A DNA stretch of 64,000 nucleotides. It comes from a virus. The DNA is taken from positions 9,277 to 73,276 of the IMG/VR virus record IMGVR_UViG_3300046736_000122; one strand, 5' to 3'. Made by a program: the position numbers and the translations under genes. The first letter of the stretch is position 1. Every line of letters begins with the position of its first letter. This document shows positions 46,130 through 54,579 of the stretch, piece after piece. Below the pieces are notes generated by a model. It was given only the letters and a program-made list of their open reading frames with translations. It did no database searches and had not been told where the DNA came from.

Positions 46130-46234
46130 CACGTGAATCTCGCGACGACCGCGATCTACCTCGCATCGCTGAGCAACGCTGAGGTCATCGACGCGATCGG
46201 CGGACGGCCAGCGCCGATGGTGCCGGCGCTCTGA
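46130..46234 (+). pseudogene. C-terminal fragment of a tyrosine recombinase
   Basis: Manual translation HVNLATTAIYLASLSNAEVIDAIGGRPAPMVPAL* = box II H..TT..Y. Confidence 0.65.
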
Positions 46235-46284
46235 AAGCTCTCCGATGCACCTTTCTGCCAGAGCCGCGGCGATGATCGAACACG

Positions 46285-47058
46285 ATGAGCGTTCTCCCCG
46301 GCGCCGAGTTCACGGCCGACATCAGCCACTACGAAACGGGTGCCGTCGGCGAGCTTGAGTTCCGCCTCGTTGACTCAGAAGGCGGCGAGGCGCTCGCATG
46401 GTCCGCCGCGGCGATCGTGCAGGTCACCGCGGAGGACGACGGCCCCGACTGGATCTACCGCGCCACACGCGCCGCGCCCGCGGCCACCGGCATCTACGTA
46501 CCGCAGTGGCGGCTAGCCGCCACCCCGGAGGAGGTGTGGGCGGATGATGATCCGATCGTGGTGTCGCTGTTTGCGTTCGAGCCGCCCGTGTGGGCGCCGA
46601 CGCCGGCGCATGTCGCGGCGATCCTGCGGGCCCGGACGCGGGGCGGCGAGTCGATGGATGCCGCGACCGCGCGCGAGCAGGGCGTGTTCACGACGTCGAC
46701 GCGGCCAACGTTCGATCAGGTCGTCGAGCTCTGCGGCCTCGCCGCGGCCGAGATGTCCTCCGCGATCGGTGGCCGCACGCCTTGCACCGCCGCATTGGCG
46801 CTGTCGGCCACGTCCGCTGCCGCGTACCGGGCCGCGATGCTCGTGGAGATCTCATATTTCCCTGAGCAGACGACGGGCGATCAGACGGCGTTCGCGGCAC
46901 TCGAGAAGATGTGGGCGGCCACATGGAAGTCGGCGGTCGCGGCGATCCTTGAGCAGTGCCCACTGACCGACGACGAGGGCTCGTCGGACGTGGAGGGTGG
47001 CCCGATCGGGTGCGTGCCGGTCGGGCGGACGGCAACAACGTGGTGCGGAAGGTGGTGA
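46285..47058 (+). CDS. Head-to-tail adaptor (with N-terminal extension)
   Basis: WAPTPAHVAAILRART..FTTSTRPT..AMLVEISYFPEQ actinophage adaptor motif. Confidence 0.75.
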   Translation: MSVLPGAEFTADISHYETGAVGELEFRLVDSEGGEALAWSAAAIVQVTAEDDGPDWIYRATRAAPAATGIYVPQWRLAATPEEVWADDDPIVVSLFAFEPPVWAPTPAHVAAILRARTRGGESMDAATAREQGVFTTSTRPTFDQVVELCGLAAAEMSSAIGGRTPCTAALALSATSAAAYRAAMLVEISYFPEQTTGDQTAFAALEKMWAATWKSAVAAILEQCPLTDDEGSSDVEGGPIGCVPVGRTATTWCGRW

Positions 47059-47062
47059 CCGC

Positions 47063-47533
47063 GTGAGGGTGGCTATCGATGCGGTCGGCGTTCCCGTCGT
47101 CCGCCGGCAACTTCTGCGCATGGCCGACAACGCGGCCGACTGCTCGCCGGTCATGGACGCCATCGGCGACGAGATGCTTGAAGCCAACGCGCGCCGCTTC
47201 GACAATGAGGGCGACGGCGAGTGGACGAAGCCAAGCGACGACTGGACGGACTACAAGGCCGCGCACAGCCTGGATGTGCGCGCCGAGCATGCCTCCCTGG
47301 ATCTCCGCAAGTCGCTGACGGAGCGCGGCGGCGAGAACGTGCTGTATGTCCGGCCTGACGGGCTCGTGCTGGACTCCACGGCGAAGGCAGCGCCGTACGC
47401 GAAGAAGCGCCAGGGTGACGCGCTCCTGGCGTACACCGAGGGCGAGAAGCGCCAGTGGGTCCGCCAGGTCCAGGCTTTCGTCATGGCCGAGCGCCGTGAT
47501 CCTGGCCGCGGCCTACTCGCGAGGTCCGCGTGA
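47063..47533 (+). CDS. Neck/tail completion protein (Mu G-like)
   Basis: PVMDAIGDEM..RRFDNEG..W..LRKSL; synteny. Confidence 0.7.
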   Translation: MRVAIDAVGVPVVRRQLLRMADNAADCSPVMDAIGDEMLEANARRFDNEGDGEWTKPSDDWTDYKAAHSLDVRAEHASLDLRKSLTERGGENVLYVRPDGLVLDSTAKAAPYAKKRQGDALLAYTEGEKRQWVRQVQAFVMAERRDPGRGLLARSA

Positions 47534-48195
47534 TGCTGGATCGCGTGCTCGGGCCGCTCGTCGACGACCACTCGATCGAGCAGGCGATCAAGGGTGTCCT
47601 GTTGCCCCGCCGCAACCTGATCGGCGTGTGGTCGGATGAGGTCAGCCGCCAGCAGCCCGAGTTCAGCACGGTGCGGATCGAGCGGCCGAAGACGGTCAAG
47701 GTCCGATGGTCGATCTCGCGGTTCGCCGAGGACCAACTGCCAGCCCTGCTCGTGCTCAACGGTGGCACTGTCGGCGAGCCGTACCGCGACGGTGAGGGCC
47801 GCTACCAGGCGACGTGGAGCATGGTCGTGGCGGGCGTTGCGCAGGGCACCAACGAGGACGTGACGCGCGGCATCGCCTCGCGGATGAGCCGTGCGGCCAT
47901 GGGCGTCCTCGCGAGCATGCTGCCGAAGGTCGACGACAGGATCGGAACGGTCCGGTGGCAAGGCGCGGAGGACCCGATCGACTACCGCTCGAAGGACGAC
48001 GTGCGGTCGCGTTGCGCGTTCGGGCAGCGTTTCACGGTCACGGTCGGAGACATCATGTGTGACCTCGTGGGCCTGCCGGTGGACTGGGACGAGACGGATC
48101 CGCCGATGGGTGAGCCGCCGCTTGATACCGGGGATCTGGGGACGGTGGCGTCGGCGCGGGTTGAGTCGGCGGTGCCGGTCGACGAGCCGGTCTAG
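47530..48195 (+). CDS. Probable tail terminator
   Basis: EDQLPALLV motif; synteny before sheath. Confidence 0.6.
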   Translation: MMLDRVLGPLVDDHSIEQAIKGVLLPRRNLIGVWSDEVSRQQPEFSTVRIERPKTVKVRWSISRFAEDQLPALLVLNGGTVGEPYRDGEGRYQATWSMVVAGVAQGTNEDVTRGIASRMSRAAMGVLASMLPKVDDRIGTVRWQGAEDPIDYRSKDDVRSRCAFGQRFTVTVGDIMCDLVGLPVDWDETDPPMGEPPLDTGDLGTVASARVESAVPVDEPV

Positions 48196-48371
48196 ACCGC
48201 GTCGGTAGGGTCGCGAAGGTCGGCGACATCGAAGACGACGCGGCCATTGCCGCTGAGGTAGCGCTCCCACGCCGCGTACTGAGCATCGAGGAGCCGGTCC
48301 ATCGCTGGGCTCGTGTACATCGGCTGCTGTGCGAGCAGGGAATCGACGGTGATCTTCGGCGTGTCGCTCAT
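48192..48371 (-). CDS. Hypothetical protein (antisense cassette)
   Basis: ATGA-coupled to upstream minus ORF. Confidence 0.55.
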   Translation of the reverse strand: MSDTPKITVDSLLAQQPMYTSPAMDRLLDAQYAAWERYLSGNGRVVFDVADLRDPTDAV

Positions 48372-48649
48372 TCGGCCGCGCCAGTTTCGATCGTCAGGCA
48401 GATGTCTTCGGGCGGCACCGGAATGCGGCACGCGATCGTCATGCGCAGGCCGTCAAAGGCGGTCACCACGCCATCCTCCCACGGGCCATCGATCTTGTCG
48501 CCGACCACTGGAAGCGGCCGGTCGAGCATGCGAGCGAGGGCCGCGCGGCAGTCGGCTTCGATCTTGGCCGCGATCTGTACGGGGCAGCCGACGAGGTGTT
48601 CGGCGCCTGGAGCGATCCACTCGGCGCAGGTACAGTCGCCGGCGCTCAT
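48368..48649 (-). CDS. Hypothetical protein (antisense cassette)
   Basis: CTC..H..GCP; coupled at both ends. Confidence 0.6.
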   Translation of the reverse strand: MSAGDCTCAEWIAPGAEHLVGCPVQIAAKIEADCRAALARMLDRPLPVVGDKIDGPWEDGVVTAFDGLRMTIACRIPVPPEDICLTIETGAAE

Positions 48650-48840
48650 GGCTCGCGCCGCGCGGCCTCGGCCGTCATGCGTTCGGCGGCGCGCGAGGCA
48701 GTCTCAAGGTCGATGGTGGCCTCGCCGGTTCGTGCGTCCACGGCGACGACCGATCCAATGGTCACGCCGTCGATGTCGCTCGGCAGGCTGAAGCCCGTGA
48801 GGGTGATGGTGCTGCCGACGTGCGGGGTCCGGTAGTTCAT
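48646..48840 (-). CDS. Hypothetical protein, leaderless (antisense cassette)
   Basis: TACGAT -10 (48847-52) 6 nt before ATG. Confidence 0.6.
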   Translation of the reverse strand: MNYRTPHVGSTITLTGFSLPSDIDGVTIGSVVAVDARTGEATIDLETASRAAERMTAEAARREP

Positions 48841-48932
48841 CGCCGGATCGTATCGCGGCCCGATGGACCTTGCGCCCTGTTCGGGGTGAACGCTTCGGGA
48901 GTGAGTCCGACCCCCGTCGAGGAGAGCCGCGC

Positions 48933-49151
48933 GTGACGACCAAGGTGGAGAGCTTCGCGGTCAAGAACATTAGCCGCGGCCCGCAGTGCATCGACGGCCA
49001 CGGCATGCTCGAAGCGGGCAACGTCGGCGACGCCGCGGACACGGAGCACACCGCGGCCCTGATCGACGCGGGCCTGCTGCTGCGGATGCCCGACGAGAAG
49101 CCCGCCGCGGCCAAGACATCGAGCCGCGCGGCCGAGAAGGACGGCGAGTAG
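48933..49151 (+). CDS. Small pre-sheath protein
   Basis: GGAG RBS; VKNIS..ALIDAGLL. Confidence 0.6.
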   Translation: MTTKVESFAVKNISRGPQCIDGHGMLEAGNVGDAADTEHTAALIDAGLLLRMPDEKPAAAKTSSRAAEKDGE

Positions 49152-49154
49152 CCG

Positions 49155-50585
49155 ATGGCCGCCCCCTCCCTGAACGTCACGATCGGTGACCGCGGCGAAT
49201 CGCAGCCCGACCCGGGCGATGTCGGCGCATGGCTCGTCGCAGGCCTCTTCGACCGCGGCCCGACCGATCGCTACGTCGAGTGCCGTTCGCTCTCCACGCT
49301 GAAGGCCGCGTTCGGCGACGTTGTGTCTTACAGCTACATGGTCCGCGCGGCCGAGGCGTACTTCCGCGAGGCCAACGGCGCGGGCCGCATGCTCGTCAAG
49401 CGCACCGTCGGGCCGGCCGCGACGAAGGGGACGCTGGCCCTGTCGAGCGCCGTCCCGGCCGTCGTCGGCACGTTCACGGCCATCTCCGAGGGGGCATGGC
49501 CGACGGAGATCACCTTCACCGTCGCGACCGGCAGCGGCTCGACGCGCACGGTCACGATGAAGCAGAACGGCACGGCGCTCTTCAGCGAAGCCTTCACCGC
49601 CGCGCTGGACCTTCAGGCGGCGATCGAGGCGACGGGGCTCGGGACGTTCCCGCTCGGCGCCGGATCATGGCCGCTCGCGGTACTCGCCGAGACGGCGGTG
49701 TCCGCGGGGTCCGATGACCGAGCGTCGATCCCGACGACGCAGGCCGGGTGGGTCACCGAACTCGCGATCTTCGACGAGGACGCCGGCACCGGCACCGTCA
49801 GCCTGCCGGGTGTCACGACGCCTGCCGCGCACGCGGCGCTGCTTGAGCACGCCGAGACGTTCCGCCGCTTCGCTGAGCTCGACGCGATCGACACCGCGAC
49901 CGTCGCGTCCCTCACCGCCCCGGCTGCCACGCTGCGCGCGCTGGACGAGCGCGCCGGGTACGGGCAGCTGCTCGCGCCATGGGTGCAGGTGCCGGGTCCC
50001 GGCTCGGGCACAGTCACGATCCCGCCTTCGGGTGCCGTGGCGGGCCGCATGGCCGCGGCCGACCGTGAGAACCCCGAGGGTCCCGGCCAGCCCGCCGCGT
50101 GCGGCTTCGGCGTCTTCCGATGGGTGCAGGATGTCACGCAGGAGTGGACGCGCGCCGAGCGCGACACCCTCTCCGACGCGGGCGTCACGGTCATCCGCAA
50201 CGTCAAGGGCAAGGTGCAGCCGTTCGATAGCCGCACGCTTGCGGACCCGAACGTGTGGCCGCAGTACGACAGCGCGGCTGGGATGCGCGTCGTGTTGGCC
50301 ATCGCTTCGCAGGCGCAGGCGGTGCTGAACGCCTACCTCGAGAAGGTCATCACTCCCGGTCTGTACTCGACGATCAAGAAAGACATCGTCGCGATCGGGA
50401 TGGAGTGGTGGTCGCCGCCGCGCAACGCGATCTTCGGCGCCACGCCGGAGGAGGCGTTCGAGGCCACTGTCGGCGCTGGCACCGCGCCGCGTTCGGTCGC
50501 GGCGAACCTCTCGATCCGCCCCTCGGAGTCCGTCAACCGCATCGACTTCGTGTTGACCACCGTCGCCACCGAAGACACGATTTAG
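49155..50585 (+). CDS. Tail sheath protein
   Basis: GLFDRGP, YFRE..G, IPPSGAVAG, ERDTL..GVTVIR, SRTL. Confidence 0.9.
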   Translation: MAAPSLNVTIGDRGESQPDPGDVGAWLVAGLFDRGPTDRYVECRSLSTLKAAFGDVVSYSYMVRAAEAYFREANGAGRMLVKRTVGPAATKGTLALSSAVPAVVGTFTAISEGAWPTEITFTVATGSGSTRTVTMKQNGTALFSEAFTAALDLQAAIEATGLGTFPLGAGSWPLAVLAETAVSAGSDDRASIPTTQAGWVTELAIFDEDAGTGTVSLPGVTTPAAHAALLEHAETFRRFAELDAIDTATVASLTAPAATLRALDERAGYGQLLAPWVQVPGPGSGTVTIPPSGAVAGRMAAADRENPEGPGQPAACGFGVFRWVQDVTQEWTRAERDTLSDAGVTVIRNVKGKVQPFDSRTLADPNVWPQYDSAAGMRVVLAIASQAQAVLNAYLEKVITPGLYSTIKKDIVAIGMEWWSPPRNAIFGATPEEAFEATVGAGTAPRSVAANLSIRPSESVNRIDFVLTTVATEDTI

Positions 50586-50598
50586 GAGGCCGCGAGCG

Positions 50599-51033
50599 AT
50601 GCCCGGCACCGACTACCTGCTACAGGAATCCGACGCGTTGATCACGGTCACGATCGACGGCTCGCCGCTTCCCGGCCTGTTCGACAAGAAGGACGGCGGC
50701 GACATCACCGCCGACGGCGCGGACACCTACCTCGCGGGCGGCTCAATCACGCCCGAGGCGTACGGCGGCGTCACGAAGGCCGGCGAACTCAAGATCGCGC
50801 GAGCGATGCGCACGGGCCGCGACGTGCCGCTGCTGCGCTGGCTCACGGCTCGCGTCAACCACCCGGGTGTCGTCGGCATCCAGTACACAAACCCCGACAA
50901 GTCGCCGGTGACCGACGGGCTGCGGACCTACCGCGTGAAGCTTTCCGGGCTCGCGGAGCCGACGATCGATTCCAACGGGACGGCGCTGACGTTCATGGAG
51001 ATGACGTTCAACGTCGACGGGCTGCCGTCGTGA
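50599..51033 (+). CDS. Tail tube protein
   Basis: 144 aa after sheath; FDKKDGG..PTIDSN; AGGAGG RBS. Confidence 0.75.
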   Translation: MPGTDYLLQESDALITVTIDGSPLPGLFDKKDGGDITADGADTYLAGGSITPEAYGGVTKAGELKIARAMRTGRDVPLLRWLTARVNHPGVVGIQYTNPDKSPVTDGLRTYRVKLSGLAEPTIDSNGTALTFMEMTFNVDGLPS

Positions 51034-51539
51034 GCGCGGCACCGGGAAGCGCCCTCGCGCGTGCACGCGCGGCGTTCGAGGCCAAGCAGGTCGCGGCCGA
51101 ACCGAAGTACGTCGACCTGTGGCGCGACGGATCGCTCGTCGCGCAGGTCAAGCGGCCCGACGACACCGCGGGCGCGAGCGCGGTCATCCGTACGATCGCG
51201 GCGCTCACATCCTCGTCGACCTCGATCTCTGCCGACTTGGAGGCGCAGGCGGCAGTCATCGCCGCCGCCACGATCAACCTCGGCTGCTTCGACGACGCAG
51301 GGAGCTTCGAGCCGTTCGGCGCTGCGCCGATGACCTTCGACGCTGCGTTCGCCGCGTCGATGGGCTGGCCGCCGGGCCTCGACCCGGCCGACATGGTCTG
51401 CTTCGCGTTCACCGACGGCTCTCCGCCCGAGCTCGACACGATCGCGCTCGGCATCGCCGCGGCGAACGTGGCCTCGACCCTGGCGGTCGCCGGACAGCGC
51501 GAGCAGGAGGACGCCAGGGCTGCCGTGGGGGAAGCCTAG
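51030..51539 (+). CDS. Tail assembly chaperone (G)
   Basis: Between tube and tape measure; slippery GGGGGAA at 3' end. Confidence 0.7.
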   Translation: MSAAPGSALARARAAFEAKQVAAEPKYVDLWRDGSLVAQVKRPDDTAGASAVIRTIAALTSSSTSISADLEAQAAVIAAATINLGCFDDAGSFEPFGAAPMTFDAAFAASMGWPPGLDPADMVCFAFTDGSPPELDTIALGIAAANVASTLAVAGQREQEDARAAVGEA

Positions 51540-51700
51540 GCCCCGCAGAGGATCAGGCGGCCGTGGCCAACGCGATCCTCTTCGGGGCAGGCGACGTAGC
51601 GGTCCGACTCATCGAGGGCGACGAAGTGGAGCGCGCCCTGTACGGCCATCATGTCCGCGTCGCCGTGAAGCTCCACAACGACGACCAGGCGAAGGGTTGA
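51527..51700 (+). other. Programmed -1 frameshift site and GT extension
   Basis: G GGG GAA 51527-33; -1 frame open to 51700 (GSLGPAEDQAAVANA..), ending 7 nt before the tape measure gene. Confidence 0.75.
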
Positions 51701-51707
51701 GCGCGGC

Positions 51708-53603
51708 ATGGAAGCTCTCATCAAGCTCAGCCTGCAAGGTCAGCGCGCCGTCGAGTCCGGGCTGAAGCGGACCGCGAAGGCCGAGGAGGGCATCGGCACG
51801 AGCGCGAAGAAGGCCGCGCGCAACACGCTTCTGTGGGCGACGGCCGGGACCGCGGTCGTCAAGGCGTTGTACGACATCGGCGCGACGTTCGACGATGCGT
51901 TCGACACGATCCGCACGCAGACCGGCGCGACAGGCGCACGGCTGCAAGGGCTCGAGGGCGACTTCCGCGCGGTCGTGAAAACGGTGCCATCCGACTTCGG
52001 CTCGGCGAGCACGGCTATCGGGCTGCTCAACTCGCGGCTCGATCTGACTGGCCGCGCGCTGCAGAACCGCTCGGCGCAGTTCCTGAACCTCTCGCGCATC
52101 ACGAAGACTGACCTTGGCGGCAACATCGAGAGCGTCACGCGGCTGTTCGGCGGTTGGGATGTCGCGTCGTCGCGGCAGGCATCGACGCTCGACATCCTGT
52201 TCCGCGCAAGCCAGCGGTCGGGGGCCGGCGTGGCGGAGCTTGCGAAGAACGTGCAGCTCGCGGGCCCGACGTTGCGTCAGCTCGGACTCGGCCTGGATGA
52301 ATCCATCGCGTTGTTCTCGAGCTTCGAGAAGTCGGGCGTGTCGACCGCGCAGATCATGCCGGGCCTCAAGTTCGCGCTCAAGTCGTTTCTGACGGCCGGT
52401 AAGGATCCCGGCAAGGAGTTGCAGCGCACGCTACGCGGCGTGCAGGACGGGACGATCTCCTCGGCAGCGGCGCTCAAGATCTTCGGGGCGAGGGCCGGGC
52501 CGCAGCTCGTCGAGGCGATCAAGTCCGGCCGCTTCGAGGTCGACAAGATGACCGCGGCTTTGGGCAAGGGCGACACGATCAACAAGGCGGCAAAGGACAC
52601 GGCGGATCTGTCGGAGGCTTGGCAGGTGTTCAAGAACCGCGCGCTGCTGAAGATCGAGCCGATCGCGACCAAGATCTTCCTGATTCTCGGTGCGGGCATG
52701 AACAAACTGCCGGGGCAGATCGAGCCGGCGACGAACGCGATCTCCGGCCTTGTGGGCTGGCTGGGCCGAAACAAGGACATCGTGCTTGCGGTGTCCGGCG
52801 GACTGGCGACGTACTTCGTGCTGATGAAGGCCTACGCCGCGTACACCGCAATCGCGGCGTTCGTCACAGGCGGCTGGACGACGGCCTTTTGGGCGCTGGA
52901 TGCAGCCATGGCAGCCAACCCGGTGGGGCTGGTCGTCGTAGCCATCGCCGCGCTCGCGGCTGGCTTCATCTACGCCTACAAGCACAGCGAGACGTTCCGC
53001 AATGCCGTCAACGGCGCATGGGGCGTCCTGAAAGACGGCTTCGGGTGGGTGAAGGGCCATTGGCCGCTGCTGCTCAGCATCCTCACCGGCCCGTTCGGGG
53101 CCGCAGCGATCTACATCGCGCGGCACTTCGACTCGATCGTCGGCACGATCCGCTCGGCGGTCAACGCGGTCATCGACGTCATCAACCTCGCGATCAAGGC
53201 GTACAACGCGATCCCACTGGCACCGGACATCGGGCTCGTCGACAAGCTCGCGACGCCAATCCCAAGCGCGGGCGACAGTGGCCGCAAGAACACACCGGCA
53301 GGCTTGAAGGGCAGCGGCAGCCGGCGTGCCAGCGGCGGCCCGGTCGCGGCCGGTCACGCGTACGTCGTCAACGAACGCGGCACCGAAATCTTGCAGATGG
53401 GCAGCCGGGGCGGCTACGTCCACGACGCGAAGAGCAGCGCGGCCATGATGGCTGGTGGCGGTGGCCTTGACGAGGCATCGATCGCGCGGATCGTCGCGGC
53501 GGTCATGCGCGGCCTGCCGGACTTCGTGGTGCAGATCGGCCGCGAACCCATCGCTCGCGCGTCCGTCGATCAGTTCCGCCAAGACAAGGCGTACGCGACC
53601 TGA
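51708..53603 (+). CDS. Tape measure protein
   Basis: FDDAFDTIR..TG, AMAANPVGLVV..YKHSETFRNAV, RASGGPV..VNERGTE. Confidence 0.92.
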   Translation: MEALIKLSLQGQRAVESGLKRTAKAEEGIGTSAKKAARNTLLWATAGTAVVKALYDIGATFDDAFDTIRTQTGATGARLQGLEGDFRAVVKTVPSDFGSASTAIGLLNSRLDLTGRALQNRSAQFLNLSRITKTDLGGNIESVTRLFGGWDVASSRQASTLDILFRASQRSGAGVAELAKNVQLAGPTLRQLGLGLDESIALFSSFEKSGVSTAQIMPGLKFALKSFLTAGKDPGKELQRTLRGVQDGTISSAAALKIFGARAGPQLVEAIKSGRFEVDKMTAALGKGDTINKAAKDTADLSEAWQVFKNRALLKIEPIATKIFLILGAGMNKLPGQIEPATNAISGLVGWLGRNKDIVLAVSGGLATYFVLMKAYAAYTAIAAFVTGGWTTAFWALDAAMAANPVGLVVVAIAALAAGFIYAYKHSETFRNAVNGAWGVLKDGFGWVKGHWPLLLSILTGPFGAAAIYIARHFDSIVGTIRSAVNAVIDVINLAIKAYNAIPLAPDIGLVDKLATPIPSAGDSGRKNTPAGLKGSGSRRASGGPVAAGHAYVVNERGTEILQMGSRGGYVHDAKSSAAMMAGGGGLDEASIARIVAAVMRGLPDFVVQIGREPIARASVDQFRQDKAYAT

Positions 53604-54361
53604 TGACTGTCACGTGGCGCCCCATCGCCAAGTCGCTTGCAGGTGGCCGCAACAATCCGCTCGCCGGTGCCGTAGCGGACGTACTCGCCGGCGCGGCGCC
53701 AAGCAACCCCGGTGCGGGCCGCGTCACGTTCTGGGTGCCAGGTCAGCCGCTGCGCGTGACATGCAAGCTTGGCGCGGAGAGCGCCACACCGGGCGGCGGC
53801 GTTGGCGGCTGGGATGGACTCACGTTGCCGGGCCGCGACGACGCGATCGAGTGGGGCTCAACACCGGGACGGACGCTCAGCATCCCGATCCTCATGGATG
53901 GCCTCGAGCCGCGCCGCGGCATCGAGAGCGACATCGCGACGCTCTACACGATGGGTCGCCCGGCTGACGGCTCTCCGCGTGGCAGCACGCCGCCGGCGGT
54001 GAAGGTGCGCGGGATGGTGCCCGGCACCGACCGTGAGTGGGTGATCAACGCGATCGACGAGGGCGCGGCGTTGTGGGACGGCCTGCATCGCGTCCGGCTG
54101 TTCGCGACGGTCAACCTGATGGAGTTCGTGCCGCCCGAGCTCGTGGTGATCCGGCGGCGCTCGTCGAAGTCGGCAAAAGCGAAGTCGGCCGGCACGTACA
54201 CCGTCAAGCGCGGCGATTCGCTTGGCTCGATCGCGCGTGACCGGATGGGCCGGAAGACCGCTGCTTCGATCGCGGCCGGGGTGCGCGAGCTCAAGAAGCT
54301 GAACGGTATTCGGGATGCGAAGTCGATTCGGCCCGGCCAGAAGCTCAAGATCCCGGCATGA
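53603..54361 (+). CDS. LysM-domain tail tube initiator/baseplate protein
   Basis: YTVKRGDSLGSIA..LNGIRD..IRPGQKLKIP. Confidence 0.85.
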   Translation: MTVTWRPIAKSLAGGRNNPLAGAVADVLAGAAPSNPGAGRVTFWVPGQPLRVTCKLGAESATPGGGVGGWDGLTLPGRDDAIEWGSTPGRTLSIPILMDGLEPRRGIESDIATLYTMGRPADGSPRGSTPPAVKVRGMVPGTDREWVINAIDEGAALWDGLHRVRLFATVNLMEFVPPELVVIRRRSSKSAKAKSAGTYTVKRGDSLGSIARDRMGRKTAASIAAGVRELKKLNGIRDAKSIRPGQKLKIPA

Positions 54362-54579
54362 GAGCGGTGTATCCGGCACGGACCCTGGCTCGACGCCCCC
54401 GGATTGACGGTCCGGGTTGTGCTGGGCGGATCGGGGATCGGTTGCGCGCACCGTTGCATCCCGATCTACCTATGGGCCGAGCGAGGGGCGGGGCAAGTGC
54501 CGGTGCATGAACCCCGCTTTGTCCGCGGCCCCTCGGGTGTCACCCCTACTCACCACGGCGTGCTCGAGAGATACCACTG
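54362..54579. ncRNA. Candidate structured non-coding element
   Basis: About 220-bp gap in a tightly packed operon with several stems and a possible pseudoknot. Confidence 0.35.

Noticed and set aside
45380-46130. Group I intron carrying the HNH within the recombinase
   Set aside because: No room for a ribozyme core, and splicing would not restore the missing catalytic region
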